From an uncultured virus (IMG/VR IMGVR_UViG_3300030419_004303) (lineage: Duplodnaviria > Heunggongvirae > Uroviricota > Caudoviricetes): a DNA stretch of 64,000 nucleotides. This document shows, piece after piece, positions 47,814 to 56,638 of the stretch. The notes beneath the pieces were generated by a model. The model did not search any database. It saw nothing but the letters and a program-made list of their open reading frames with translations, and was not told the origin of the DNA. Both the position numbers and the translations under genes were made by a program. Where the stretch lies: IMG/VR virus record IMGVR_UViG_3300030419_004303, one strand, 5' to 3'. The first letter of the stretch is position 1, and each line of letters starts with the position of its first letter.

Positions 47814-49229
47814 TTATCTGTACTTTCCTCCTCCAGCAACACTCTTCCACCAATCAGCAACTCCCTGTTCAGCGGGTTCCAAATAATCTTCTCTCATCAT
47901 GGTCGCCCATGATCTTTTCTTTTTCATATGATCTCTGGCCTCCTGCAAAGCTCTCTGATCCTCTTTAGCTTGAGCCTCTGCCTCTTCTTGTGCGGCAATT
48001 AGTCTATCCCCAAAGGCTTCCTCTTGTTTTTTCCGTTCGGCTTTACCCACCTCTTCTCTTTTTGCGGCGGCCTCCACCCAATCAGAATAGGCTTCATTTT
48101 CTGCAATCTCCATTCCCTCTAATTCTTTCTTAGCCCCCTTCAAAGAAGCCTCCATTTCCTGTGGTTTGAAATCTTCACCTTCAGGCTTAAATTCTTTTGG
48201 TCCTTGATAACCTTTTGGCATTCCTTCTTTCATCCTGTCCCCTCTTCTACGCATTTCCGCAGCGGGGAGCACTTCATCCCCCCTATCAATAGCCCTTTGG
48301 ATATTCCAGTCATCAATGCTTGCTTCCCTGTTTGCATCAGCTTGTGCTAACTCTGCAGCTGCAAAATCTTTCTTCTTTTGATGTACGGCTTTTCTATAAG
48401 TGGATCTAAGAAGTCTATTTACATCATCTTTAGTAAATGAATGATCTCCTAGTTTACTTCCTTCACGTATAATAGCTTGAAGTTTATCAGGGTTCTTACT
48501 CCAATACTCTGGGTCTGCACTGCCAGGAGCAGACATTGCATTAATAATTCTGTTACCTAATTGTTCTCTTCTAGCTTTTTGTGTCTCCCCTAGGCTCCCT
48601 TCCAAATCAAATATTTGATCTTTTAAAAAGCTCTTCCTATCCTCCCAACCTTCTTTCATAAGAGGGGTATCAAGAGCAGTTTGTCTCTTCTTTTCCGCAT
48701 CTTCTTTGGCTTTCTCCCTAGCTAGTAATTGGTCATCAATCATCTTCTCCACGTCTTCCTGCCTAGACTTCTCACGATCTTCAATTGTCTCTGCCAATTG
48801 GCGAACGTCTGAGTCATCGTAATCTTCTGCAAATTCTGGTTCTGATCTGGCCAGAGAAACTGTTCTAAGAATAGGTCTTCTTTTGAGATATTGTTTTCCA
48901 GCTCGCCCGCCAAGCCCTTTGAGTCTACCCCCTTTAAGTTGGGGCCAAAAATCTTCTGCTGTCTTGCCCGCTGGTTTTCCGCCCATGCGGATAGGGGCTC
49001 CCCCTTTTTCAATAAGTTTTTTAGCGCCCTTAGCTCCTAATTTAGTTGTTGTAACACCTATCCCCGCTCCTGGAATTGCTTGTGCCGCACGGATGCCAGC
49101 CCCCTCTAAATCCCCCCTAGCCAGAGATATTCCCATATTAGCTAAATCTAGAATATTTCCCACCCAAGGAGTAGCTCCTCCGATGTCCAGTCCAAATTGA
49201 ATTTTATCCCAAAAAGATTTCGATGCCAT
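47814..49229 (-). CDS. Putative internal virion protein with N-terminal PT-TG-like segment
   Basis: LDIGGATPWVGNILDLANMGISLARGDLEGAG...IPGAG followed by charged coiled coils. Confidence 0.55.
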   Translation of the reverse strand: MASKSFWDKIQFGLDIGGATPWVGNILDLANMGISLARGDLEGAGIRAAQAIPGAGIGVTTTKLGAKGAKKLIEKGGAPIRMGGKPAGKTAEDFWPQLKGGRLKGLGGRAGKQYLKRRPILRTVSLARSEPEFAEDYDDSDVRQLAETIEDREKSRQEDVEKMIDDQLLAREKAKEDAEKKRQTALDTPLMKEGWEDRKSFLKDQIFDLEGSLGETQKARREQLGNRIINAMSAPGSADPEYWSKNPDKLQAIIREGSKLGDHSFTKDDVNRLLRSTYRKAVHQKKKDFAAAELAQADANREASIDDWNIQRAIDRGDEVLPAAEMRRRGDRMKEGMPKGYQGPKEFKPEGEDFKPQEMEASLKGAKKELEGMEIAENEAYSDWVEAAAKREEVGKAERKKQEEAFGDRLIAAQEEAEAQAKEDQRALQEARDHMKKKRSWATMMREDYLEPAEQGVADWWKSVAGGGKYR

Positions 49230-49373
49230 TATAGAAAAATGTTAAATTAAAGTGCATAAGAAGAATCCTTAAATTTAAGGGTTAATCACCGTAAGTCAAA
49301 CAACCTCCAGATAGGAGGTAAGCTGTTTACAGCAATGTACATTAAACTGCTTAACTTCCACTAGAAGTAATTA

Positions 49374-51170
49374 TTAATCTACTAACACCTCAGCCGACAA
49401 AATTTGTGAAAGCTCTTTTAAGTTTTTCTTTTTTGGATAAAAACCCTTTGAATTTTTCTCTGGGGGGTCAACGGCAACCAATCCATGACGCTGTCTCGCT
49501 AAATCTAAACATAAAAATGCAGCATCGGCTAAGTCAGGGGATTGTCCGAACCTGCTTTTATAAGATAGTTTAGGTTCCAACTTCATTTTTAAATAGGAAG
49601 AACTCTTAACAACATCATAATGCCTACTTGTTATTTCTTTAGCTAATTCTGAGTTTATGCCATACAATTGTTTTGTCCTACACAACTCTTTCCCCACAAA
49701 CCATAACTCACTTACCCTATTAAAGTATAAATCAGCACCTATCTCTTTACTTTTAGAACTAACTCTTTTATCAGATGCCTTTCCCCCAAATGAAACCCGA
49801 AGAATATCATCCCCAAACTCAGTTGCAAGAACATCTGACAGAGGCTGACCAGCACCTGAAGCATCAATTGCAAAATTTGAAGGGAGAACTTCCCGTTTAT
49901 CACAATGCTCTTTTACCAAACGAGCTATCTGAAAAGAGCGGGGGACCGCTTTGTTGGTGGCATCGTCATTAATTTGTACTGCTTCAGTTAGCTCGCACAC
50001 AAATTGTCCTGTCTTATCCACTCCCACTTTACCAAAATAAATAATAGAACGGTCACCCCCTGTTGTGAATGCAGGGTCAAAACCCGCAATATTAACAGGC
50101 TTCCCACTCCAATCGGCTTGCCCCATAGCCCCAGATCTAACTAACTCAGCTTCTGTATATACAGTTTCAGTTTCTTCACTATCAAAAAAGATAGCCCGTA
50201 CCATCCGCATATACCCTCTGCTGTGTCTACCCAATAAAGCAGCATCTTCTTGAAGCTTCTCTTCTGTTGGTAGCCAAGGATATTTATTTTCCCCAACCAA
50301 AACATTTGGAGATCTTTCACCATCCAATCTTATATACTTACCACCCCACTTGGTTTCCCATGTGTCATCCATCTCAATATTAACTCCTTCCCATGTATCT
50401 TTAGGCTCACTCCACACACCAAAGGCATCAAAACGTGATGATGGGTTGCTCATCCCAATCAAAGAAAAGGAAGGGTTTTTAGACAAGTTAGATAGACCTG
50501 CATTTAATATGGCCTCACTAAGCTCACTTAACTCATCCGCTATTAATATAACATTCTTCTGCTTAATACCTATAAATTTACCTACTGCCTCCCTAGTTTT
50601 AGACTTCTCCGCAGCAATCAAAGACAGCCCAGCCCGCTCAAACAATGTTCCTTGATCATTGACGTATGCAACATTACCAATGGAATCACGAATCTTGAAT
50701 GGGGCATTATCCTTCTTGAGCCCGTGCATTAAACTGATCACTGAACCCCAGATCCTCTTCCTTGCTTCACGTAACGTGGTCGAGGTTAACAGGACCAGAG
50801 TTTCATCAGGTCTTGCCAGCCAATTTATAATCCCCCAAGCAGCCATTGTATGTGATTTTCCACTAGAAGCAGCTCCTCCAACTGCTACATATTTATTTTC
50901 AATGGCCGCTCTAACAATTTCTTCTGCCCAAGGATGCCTAACCATTAAAGGATCCACCATTTCTTCTTTATTCCATAGCTCATCACACACCCTCCAAAAA
51001 TAATACTCTTTCATTGCAGGTTGTACGCATTCTCTAAAGGCAATTATAAGAAGGTACACAAGGCTTTCTTCCCCAGGATATAATTCTTCTTCATAAGAAA
51101 ATTTCCACACAAGGCTCCCATCCACGTCAGTGAGTTGTGGCTCCCAAGACTCTATTACTTCTGTAAGCAT
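49374..51170 (-). CDS. Terminase large subunit
   Basis: Walker A GAASSGKS, Walker B ILIADE, SNP motif, nuclease AGFDPA and SPDLADA. Confidence 0.9.
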   Translation of the reverse strand: MLTEVIESWEPQLTDVDGSLVWKFSYEEELYPGEESLVYLLIIAFRECVQPAMKEYYFWRVCDELWNKEEMVDPLMVRHPWAEEIVRAAIENKYVAVGGAASSGKSHTMAAWGIINWLARPDETLVLLTSTTLREARKRIWGSVISLMHGLKKDNAPFKIRDSIGNVAYVNDQGTLFERAGLSLIAAEKSKTREAVGKFIGIKQKNVILIADELSELSEAILNAGLSNLSKNPSFSLIGMSNPSSRFDAFGVWSEPKDTWEGVNIEMDDTWETKWGGKYIRLDGERSPNVLVGENKYPWLPTEEKLQEDAALLGRHSRGYMRMVRAIFFDSEETETVYTEAELVRSGAMGQADWSGKPVNIAGFDPAFTTGGDRSIIYFGKVGVDKTGQFVCELTEAVQINDDATNKAVPRSFQIARLVKEHCDKREVLPSNFAIDASGAGQPLSDVLATEFGDDILRVSFGGKASDKRVSSKSKEIGADLYFNRVSELWFVGKELCRTKQLYGINSELAKEITSRHYDVVKSSSYLKMKLEPKLSYKSRFGQSPDLADAAFLCLDLARQRHGLVAVDPPEKNSKGFYPKKKNLKELSQILSAEVLVD

Positions 51171-51213
51171 GCTACTTGAATTATAACTATTATAATAGTA
51201 TATATTATGTAGT

Positions 51214-51882
51214 TTGACTAAAAGAAATAAAGAATTAGAACGGGCGGCTGTTATTGAGCTTTATCAAAAGGGTAAATCTAAAGCTCATATAGGGAGGACC
51301 GTAGGTGTTTCACAGCCTACAATACGTAGATGGTTGGATGAGGAGGGACTTACAGGCCCAAAAAAACTGGAAGACTCTGATGTGAAGAAGAAGATAAAGG
51401 AAAAGGTTGTAGAGATGTACCAAGAAGGTTCTTCTTTAAAACATATAGCATCAACTTTTGAAGTGTCGAAGACGGCTGTAACAAAATGGCTTCAAAAAGC
51501 AGGAGTGTATAAAAGTAGAGAAGATAAACAGAAGCAAACTCTAGAACAGGTTGAGGCATCTCTAACCAATAGAGAAGGATTAGCCAGATTACTGGAGTCT
51601 CCTGACCTGAGCTATGAAGAATCCCAAAAAATAACCTTAGCGGGTATCAATAAATATAGGGCAGATATACTTCGGGGGAAAGATACCCCAGGGCTTAACC
51701 CATTTTTAAAAGCTTCAGAGGTAATTAATAAAATGAACAAGGGAGGGGGCTCTATTGAGCCAAGAGGTCGTCTTACATTGAATTTAGAGGTGAACAAGAA
51801 AAAATGGAAGAGCCAGATAATTGAGGCTGAAGCCGAGGAAATTGATCTAGAAGTAGAAGAACCACCAACTGAATCAGAATAA
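51214..51882 (+). CDS. Double helix-turn-helix protein (possible terminase small subunit or regulator)
   Basis: Two HTH repeats (ELYQKG..IGRTVGVSQPTIRRWL; EMYQEG..IASTFEVSKTAVTKWL), acidic tail. Confidence 0.65.
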   Translation: MTKRNKELERAAVIELYQKGKSKAHIGRTVGVSQPTIRRWLDEEGLTGPKKLEDSDVKKKIKEKVVEMYQEGSSLKHIASTFEVSKTAVTKWLQKAGVYKSREDKQKQTLEQVEASLTNREGLARLLESPDLSYEESQKITLAGINKYRADILRGKDTPGLNPFLKASEVINKMNKGGGSIEPRGRLTLNLEVNKKKWKSQIIEAEAEEIDLEVEEPPTESE

Positions 51883-52154
51883 TGTCTACACAAGAAGATG
51901 GCAACACCGCTTTATTATTATATGACGGGTTACAAGATGCTTTCATAGGGAGCATAGAACGATACGGGCAACCCCCCATCGCTTGCTACAGCAAAAGGAT
52001 GGTAATAAAAACTCTTGTAGAAAACTACGACTTAACTGAAAAAGCTGCTAGAGACAGGTATGAATTTGAGTATTTACTTAGTAATCACGGAGAAGCCACA
52101 CCGTGTTTTTTAAATGATGATCCACCAGATGTTTCGGGAACGATTAAGAGTTAA
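51882..52154 (+). CDS. Conserved phage hypothetical protein
   Basis: DGLQDAFIG...ACYS...GEATPCF pattern. Confidence 0.65.
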   Translation: MSTQEDGNTALLLYDGLQDAFIGSIERYGQPPIACYSKRMVIKTLVENYDLTEKAARDRYEFEYLLSNHGEATPCFLNDDPPDVSGTIKS

Positions 52155-52377
52155 CAATCCTACTGTAATTATCCGTAAGGATTTACCTAACAAGGATTTC
52201 CAATTCATATCCGAAAAACGGGTAGGGACTTTTTATCTAGTTATACCTAGAACCGCAAGAGAAGTGTTTTATATACAAATGCTTATAAAAAATGTAGATG
52301 TAATGGTTCCAGCCGAAGGAGATGGTTTAATACTAACATGTGACTCTGTGGATAGGCTTCATGTGCTTTCTGGTTAA
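52114..52377 (+). CDS. Hypothetical protein
   Basis: Fills the operon gap. Confidence 0.55.
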   Translation: MMIHQMFRERLRVNNPTVIIRKDLPNKDFQFISEKRVGTFYLVIPRTAREVFYIQMLIKNVDVMVPAEGDGLILTCDSVDRLHVLSG

Positions 52378-52853
52378 TGATTGTAGGAGTAGATAATGGG
52401 CTAGATGGGGGGTTGACTGCCATATCAGTGTATACAGGGGCTGTTATTGATAAGACGGTTATGCCTACTAAACACCGCAATAAACGTAGGGAAGTGGATA
52501 CAAGGAAAGTATATGAATGGCTAATGTCCCTAGAAAGTCCTTTCCTTTTTGCTATAGAGGAACCTCTACATCATGCAAAATCTTCTCAGGCTGTAAGGTC
52601 AATGGGTATAAGTTTTGGTAAACTGCTTGGGTTGGCCGAAAGTAGAGAATGGGAAACCAAATGTGTGTCCGTTCATAAGTGGCAGAAGAAAATGTTAGGC
52701 CATATTCCAAAGGGAAAATCAAAAGAAATGGCTATATGGAAAGCAGAATGTTTGGCTCCTGACGAATGTTGGCAGAAAAGTAAAAGAGCCAGCAAGCCCC
52801 ACGACGGAATGGTAGATGCTTTTTTGATAGCTAGATATATTAGAGGAAAATAA
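52377..52853 (+). CDS. RuvC-like Holliday junction resolvase
   Basis: IVGVDNG, AIEE, SFG, WQK, HDGMVDAFLIA. Confidence 0.85.
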   Translation: MIVGVDNGLDGGLTAISVYTGAVIDKTVMPTKHRNKRREVDTRKVYEWLMSLESPFLFAIEEPLHHAKSSQAVRSMGISFGKLLGLAESREWETKCVSVHKWQKKMLGHIPKGKSKEMAIWKAECLAPDECWQKSKRASKPHDGMVDAFLIARYIRGK

Positions 52854-52893
52854 ATCTAGACTATCTTAAATATCAGTGCTATTTAAGGACTGA

Positions 52894-54186
52894 ATGAAAG
52901 CACTATTCCCAAAGCAGAGCACTGCTGCCGACTTTTTTATCGGTGTACTTAACAAAGGGATATCTACAATAGATACTTCGAGTGTAGGTACAGGTAAAAC
53001 TGTCGTTGCCAGCTATATTGCTAAAGAACTAGGGAGACCTGTAGCTGTGATATGCCCTAAATCAGTTATCCCTTCATGGGAAAGGGAGCTGGAAGAGTTT
53101 GGGGTGGATCCCTTATTTGTACTTAATTATGAAAAAATAAGAACAGGTAACACGGACTATATGTCTAAAAGGGGGAAGAAGATAATGAAGTGGCATCTGC
53201 CAGAGGACACTTTGATTTTCATGGATGAGATCCACAAAGCTAAGGGCCCTTATACCCAGAATTCACAACTGCTTATATCCTTAGTGAACCAAGGGTATCT
53301 TGTGCACGGGATGAGTGCTACTGCTTGTGAGGATCCAACCGAAATGCGAGCTATTGGCTACATGTTGGGGTTACATAGTCTAAACAAAAGTGAAGGAGGT
53401 AAGAGGAGTTGGTATTCTTGGATGTTGAATTATGGATGCCTCCAGGATCAATGGAAGAATTGGACTCTTAGGAGCAGGAAAAAACTAGAGGATGTAAAAA
53501 ATAATATTTATGGGATAACTGGACACAAGCTAACTGTAGAAGATTTCCCTGACTCCTTTAGGGACAACAGGGTATTTGTTGAGCCTATTCAATTTAGTGC
53601 TCCCTCTAAAATAATAAAAGCTTATGAAGACTTAGGTGTAACTCCAGATATTGTAGAACACTTTGTCGAGCATGGGACTGTAGAGGATTCTGATTTTGAT
53701 ATTGTTAATATACTTAAAGCTAGAATGTTAGCCGAAAGCTATAAGGCAATGGATCTCGTGGACATGGCAATTGATTACACAATACAAGGGTACTCAGTAG
53801 TTATCTTTGTGAATTTTAAAGACACTATAGATGCTATCTGCAACAAGCTTGATTGTGGGAGGATCGATGGAGGGCAGACATTAAATGAGAGACAACTAGT
53901 TATAGATAATTTTCAAAATGATAAGACCAGAATACTGGCCGTTAACATTGCCGCAGGAGGGACAGGTCTATCACTCCACGACACGCAGGGGAAATACCCT
54001 AGGGTTAGTTTGATTAGCCCTTCGTTCTCTGCTAAAAATCACCTCCAAGTATTGGGGCGTATACATCGCAATGGGGCTAAATCGGATGCTCTTCAAAAGA
54101 TACTTGTAGCAGCAAACTCCATTGAGGAGAACGTGATGAAATCAATAGACAAGAAACTTAAAAACTTAGAAGCACTACACGGATAA
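52894..54186 (+). CDS. SF2 (SNF2-like) helicase
   Basis: GTGKT, DEIH, SAT, GGTGLSL, QVLGRIHR. Confidence 0.9.
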   Translation: MKALFPKQSTAADFFIGVLNKGISTIDTSSVGTGKTVVASYIAKELGRPVAVICPKSVIPSWERELEEFGVDPLFVLNYEKIRTGNTDYMSKRGKKIMKWHLPEDTLIFMDEIHKAKGPYTQNSQLLISLVNQGYLVHGMSATACEDPTEMRAIGYMLGLHSLNKSEGGKRSWYSWMLNYGCLQDQWKNWTLRSRKKLEDVKNNIYGITGHKLTVEDFPDSFRDNRVFVEPIQFSAPSKIIKAYEDLGVTPDIVEHFVEHGTVEDSDFDIVNILKARMLAESYKAMDLVDMAIDYTIQGYSVVIFVNFKDTIDAICNKLDCGRIDGGQTLNERQLVIDNFQNDKTRILAVNIAAGGTGLSLHDTQGKYPRVSLISPSFSAKNHLQVLGRIHRNGAKSDALQKILVAANSIEENVMKSIDKKLKNLEALHG

Positions 54187-54194
54187 TAAACAAA

Positions 54195-54551
54195 ATGACA
54201 ATTGAAATAGAAGATAAGTTTGCCGTATACATTCAAGCGGCTCTTTATATGGCTCACATCACACTGGAGGGGTGTGAAGTGGAGTCCCTCTACGACACTA
54301 TAATTAGAGAGGTAGATGGGCAAATCGTCGGGGGAGACGATGGTGAACCAGACTTTGGAAGTATTATTGATATTTTTGAAGAGAACCTTTGGTTTAAGTC
54401 AATCGTAGGGAAGAGCGCATCGTTGAAGCATAAGCAGAAATTTAAATACGAAGGAAGTATTGATGAAGGAACTTATAAGGTAACACCCGTGTCAAAATGG
54501 AATAAAAAAACCAGAGAGTGGGAAGGGCCAGACGAAAATATATATGCATAG
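54195..54551 (+). CDS. Hypothetical protein
   Basis: ORF track. Confidence 0.6.
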   Translation: MTIEIEDKFAVYIQAALYMAHITLEGCEVESLYDTIIREVDGQIVGGDDGEPDFGSIIDIFEENLWFKSIVGKSASLKHKQKFKYEGSIDEGTYKVTPVSKWNKKTREWEGPDENIYA

Positions 54552-54560
54552 AATAATCTT

Positions 54561-55697
54561 ATGAACGTACAGGATCAAATGAGTGAATCACCAGATCACG
54601 GAAGTAGAGGACACGCAGAGTTCTCACCATCCAGCCTAAAGTATGTAGCCTCTTGTCCAGGATACAAGGGACGAGAAGGTACGAATGCCGCAGCAGAAAA
54701 AGGCACGAGGATACACGAGGCTTTAGAAGTTAGAGATCCATCAGCACTTCATGACGAAGAAGAGTTACAGATCTACGAGCAGATATGTGAAGATGAGGAA
54801 GCTTTCATGAAGGAGATTATAGGGGATGAGGAATATGTGGAGCACAATGAGATGCTCACCCACGTACAACTTAATGGAACCAGTACATGGGGAACCTGTG
54901 ACCGCCTAATCCTATACGGAGATAAAGCAATCATGGGGGACTATAAGACAGGAATCTCTGTGATTGATTCGCCTAGAGATAACTGGCAAGCAAAAGCGTA
55001 TGCATTAGGAGCTTTCCAAAAGTTCAAAGAGATACAGGAAATTACGTTCGTGTTCTATGTACCTGTGAGACATGAAGTCTTGCACGATGTATTCAAGAGA
55101 GATGAAATGCCAGAAATGACTAAAGAGTTATCCTGGACCATCCTCGAAGGAGAGAGGGTAAGACCTCAATGGGAATATGGTACCCCTGCGATTGAGGATA
55201 TTAATCCTACTGTTAATTGCAGGTTCTGCGCTTTTGAGGAAAAATGCCCTGCTCTAGGAGCCATCGCAATTGAAGTGGCTCAACGGGTAGCGGACCACCC
55301 TATCCCAGATACCGATATTGATGACCCAGATGACATGGCTACACTGGAACAGCTATGGGCAATTGCTAAAATAGTCACGAACTGGGCTACAAGGATCAAG
55401 GCTAAAGCTATATTGAAAGCTAAAGAGGGAGAAGAGTTCCCATCACTTCGATTAAAGTCTATGGGGGCTACGAAGAAGTGTAATGACAATCAAAAGCTAA
55501 TGGAAATAGCGAAGGCATATGATATGCCAGATGAAGAATTACTCACGCTAGCAACTTTTCCTTTGCAAAAAGTTGCCACTGCTGTAAGTAAACGAGCCCC
55601 AGATGGGGAGAAGGGCCAAGTGAAGCAGGATTTTTTAGATGCTGTTAGCGAGGCAGATATTGTCGATGTCTCTGAGAAGAGATACACATTGACTTAA
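54561..55697 (+). CDS. Cas4-like PD-(D/E)XK exonuclease (DUF2800-like)
   Basis: SPSS..CPG, GTRIH, GTCD, DYKTG, QxxxY, CRFC....CP. Confidence 0.8.
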   Translation: MNVQDQMSESPDHGSRGHAEFSPSSLKYVASCPGYKGREGTNAAAEKGTRIHEALEVRDPSALHDEEELQIYEQICEDEEAFMKEIIGDEEYVEHNEMLTHVQLNGTSTWGTCDRLILYGDKAIMGDYKTGISVIDSPRDNWQAKAYALGAFQKFKEIQEITFVFYVPVRHEVLHDVFKRDEMPEMTKELSWTILEGERVRPQWEYGTPAIEDINPTVNCRFCAFEEKCPALGAIAIEVAQRVADHPIPDTDIDDPDDMATLEQLWAIAKIVTNWATRIKAKAILKAKEGEEFPSLRLKSMGATKKCNDNQKLMEIAKAYDMPDEELLTLATFPLQKVATAVSKRAPDGEKGQVKQDFLDAVSEADIVDVSEKRYTLT

Positions 55698-55717
55698 ATT
55701 GAAAAAAAACAAAATAC

Positions 55718-56389
55718 ATGAGCAAGACTAAAACCAAAGAGGCAACACATGAAGTTGTCGAAGTAGTAAAGAACGAACTAGCAGAGCAATCCCAATTCAT
55801 GGTGGATAGTTCTGACATTCAGGTTCCCAGATATTCTCTGAGACAAAACAGTTCTAAATACAAAGCAGGTGAAACAGGTGATCTTATTCAAGATCAAGAA
55901 TACGTTGTTATACCTAAAGAGAAAGAGACAGATATTATATTTGTCGATGTGAGAAAGAAGTGGAGAGAGATGACACCATTCGGATCTCAGATCCGTGGGC
56001 GTGTTGCCTACACTGAAAAAGAAAAACTGGAGATAGAAGCAGATACAGAGTTTGATGTTAAACCAGCAGCAGACCTTATCTTCCTTGTCCCAGAACAAGA
56101 AGGAGCTGATGAGGAGGCTTTCACATACCCTCTTGGTGATACTAACTATGCTCTGGGCACATATGATACTGGAAGTAAGGGGGCCTACACAGGAACCTTT
56201 AAGCAGATTGCTACCTTTCTAACAACCAACCCAAACGCAAGTACTGCCAATGTCATGTGGACTTGGCGAGTTGTGGATCGTGAGTGGAATGGTAATGAAT
56301 GGGTAGAGCCCATGCTAAAAATATCGAAAGAGAAAGTTAGCAAGGATGTTCTTGAGTTTGCGACTAACTATAAAAGTATCATCTCATGA
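55718..56389 (+). CDS. Putative single-stranded DNA-binding protein
   Basis: Sits between nuclease and polymerase; DIQVPRYSLRQ N-terminal motif. Confidence 0.55.
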   Translation: MSKTKTKEATHEVVEVVKNELAEQSQFMVDSSDIQVPRYSLRQNSSKYKAGETGDLIQDQEYVVIPKEKETDIIFVDVRKKWREMTPFGSQIRGRVAYTEKEKLEIEADTEFDVKPAADLIFLVPEQEGADEEAFTYPLGDTNYALGTYDTGSKGAYTGTFKQIATFLTTNPNASTANVMWTWRVVDREWNGNEWVEPMLKISKEKVSKDVLEFATNYKSIIS

Positions 56390-56547
56390 CAGAACGTGAA
56401 ATAATTGAAGCTGAACTGGCAAGCGTTGAGGAAATCAGAAAAGAAGTAAAAGGGAAGCTTGAAGAGCTGACACAATACTTGGGCAAGATGAACGTATTGC
56501 ATAACGTGTTCTCAGCACAACTAAAAGAAGATTCTAGCGAGAGCTAG
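56386..56547 (+). CDS. Small coiled-coil protein (53 aa, not in track)
   Basis: ATGA overlap; MTEREIIEAELASVEEIRKEVKGKLEELTQ... Confidence 0.55.
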   Translation: MTEREIIEAELASVEEIRKEVKGKLEELTQYLGKMNVLHNVFSAQLKEDSSES

Positions 56548-56638
56548 CGCACGGGAGATAGACACTCCCACTGTGAGGGGACGCTCTAGCAGTCTTGGCT
56601 TATGCTTTCACCAAGGCTGCTAGGGCAACCTTACCGAT

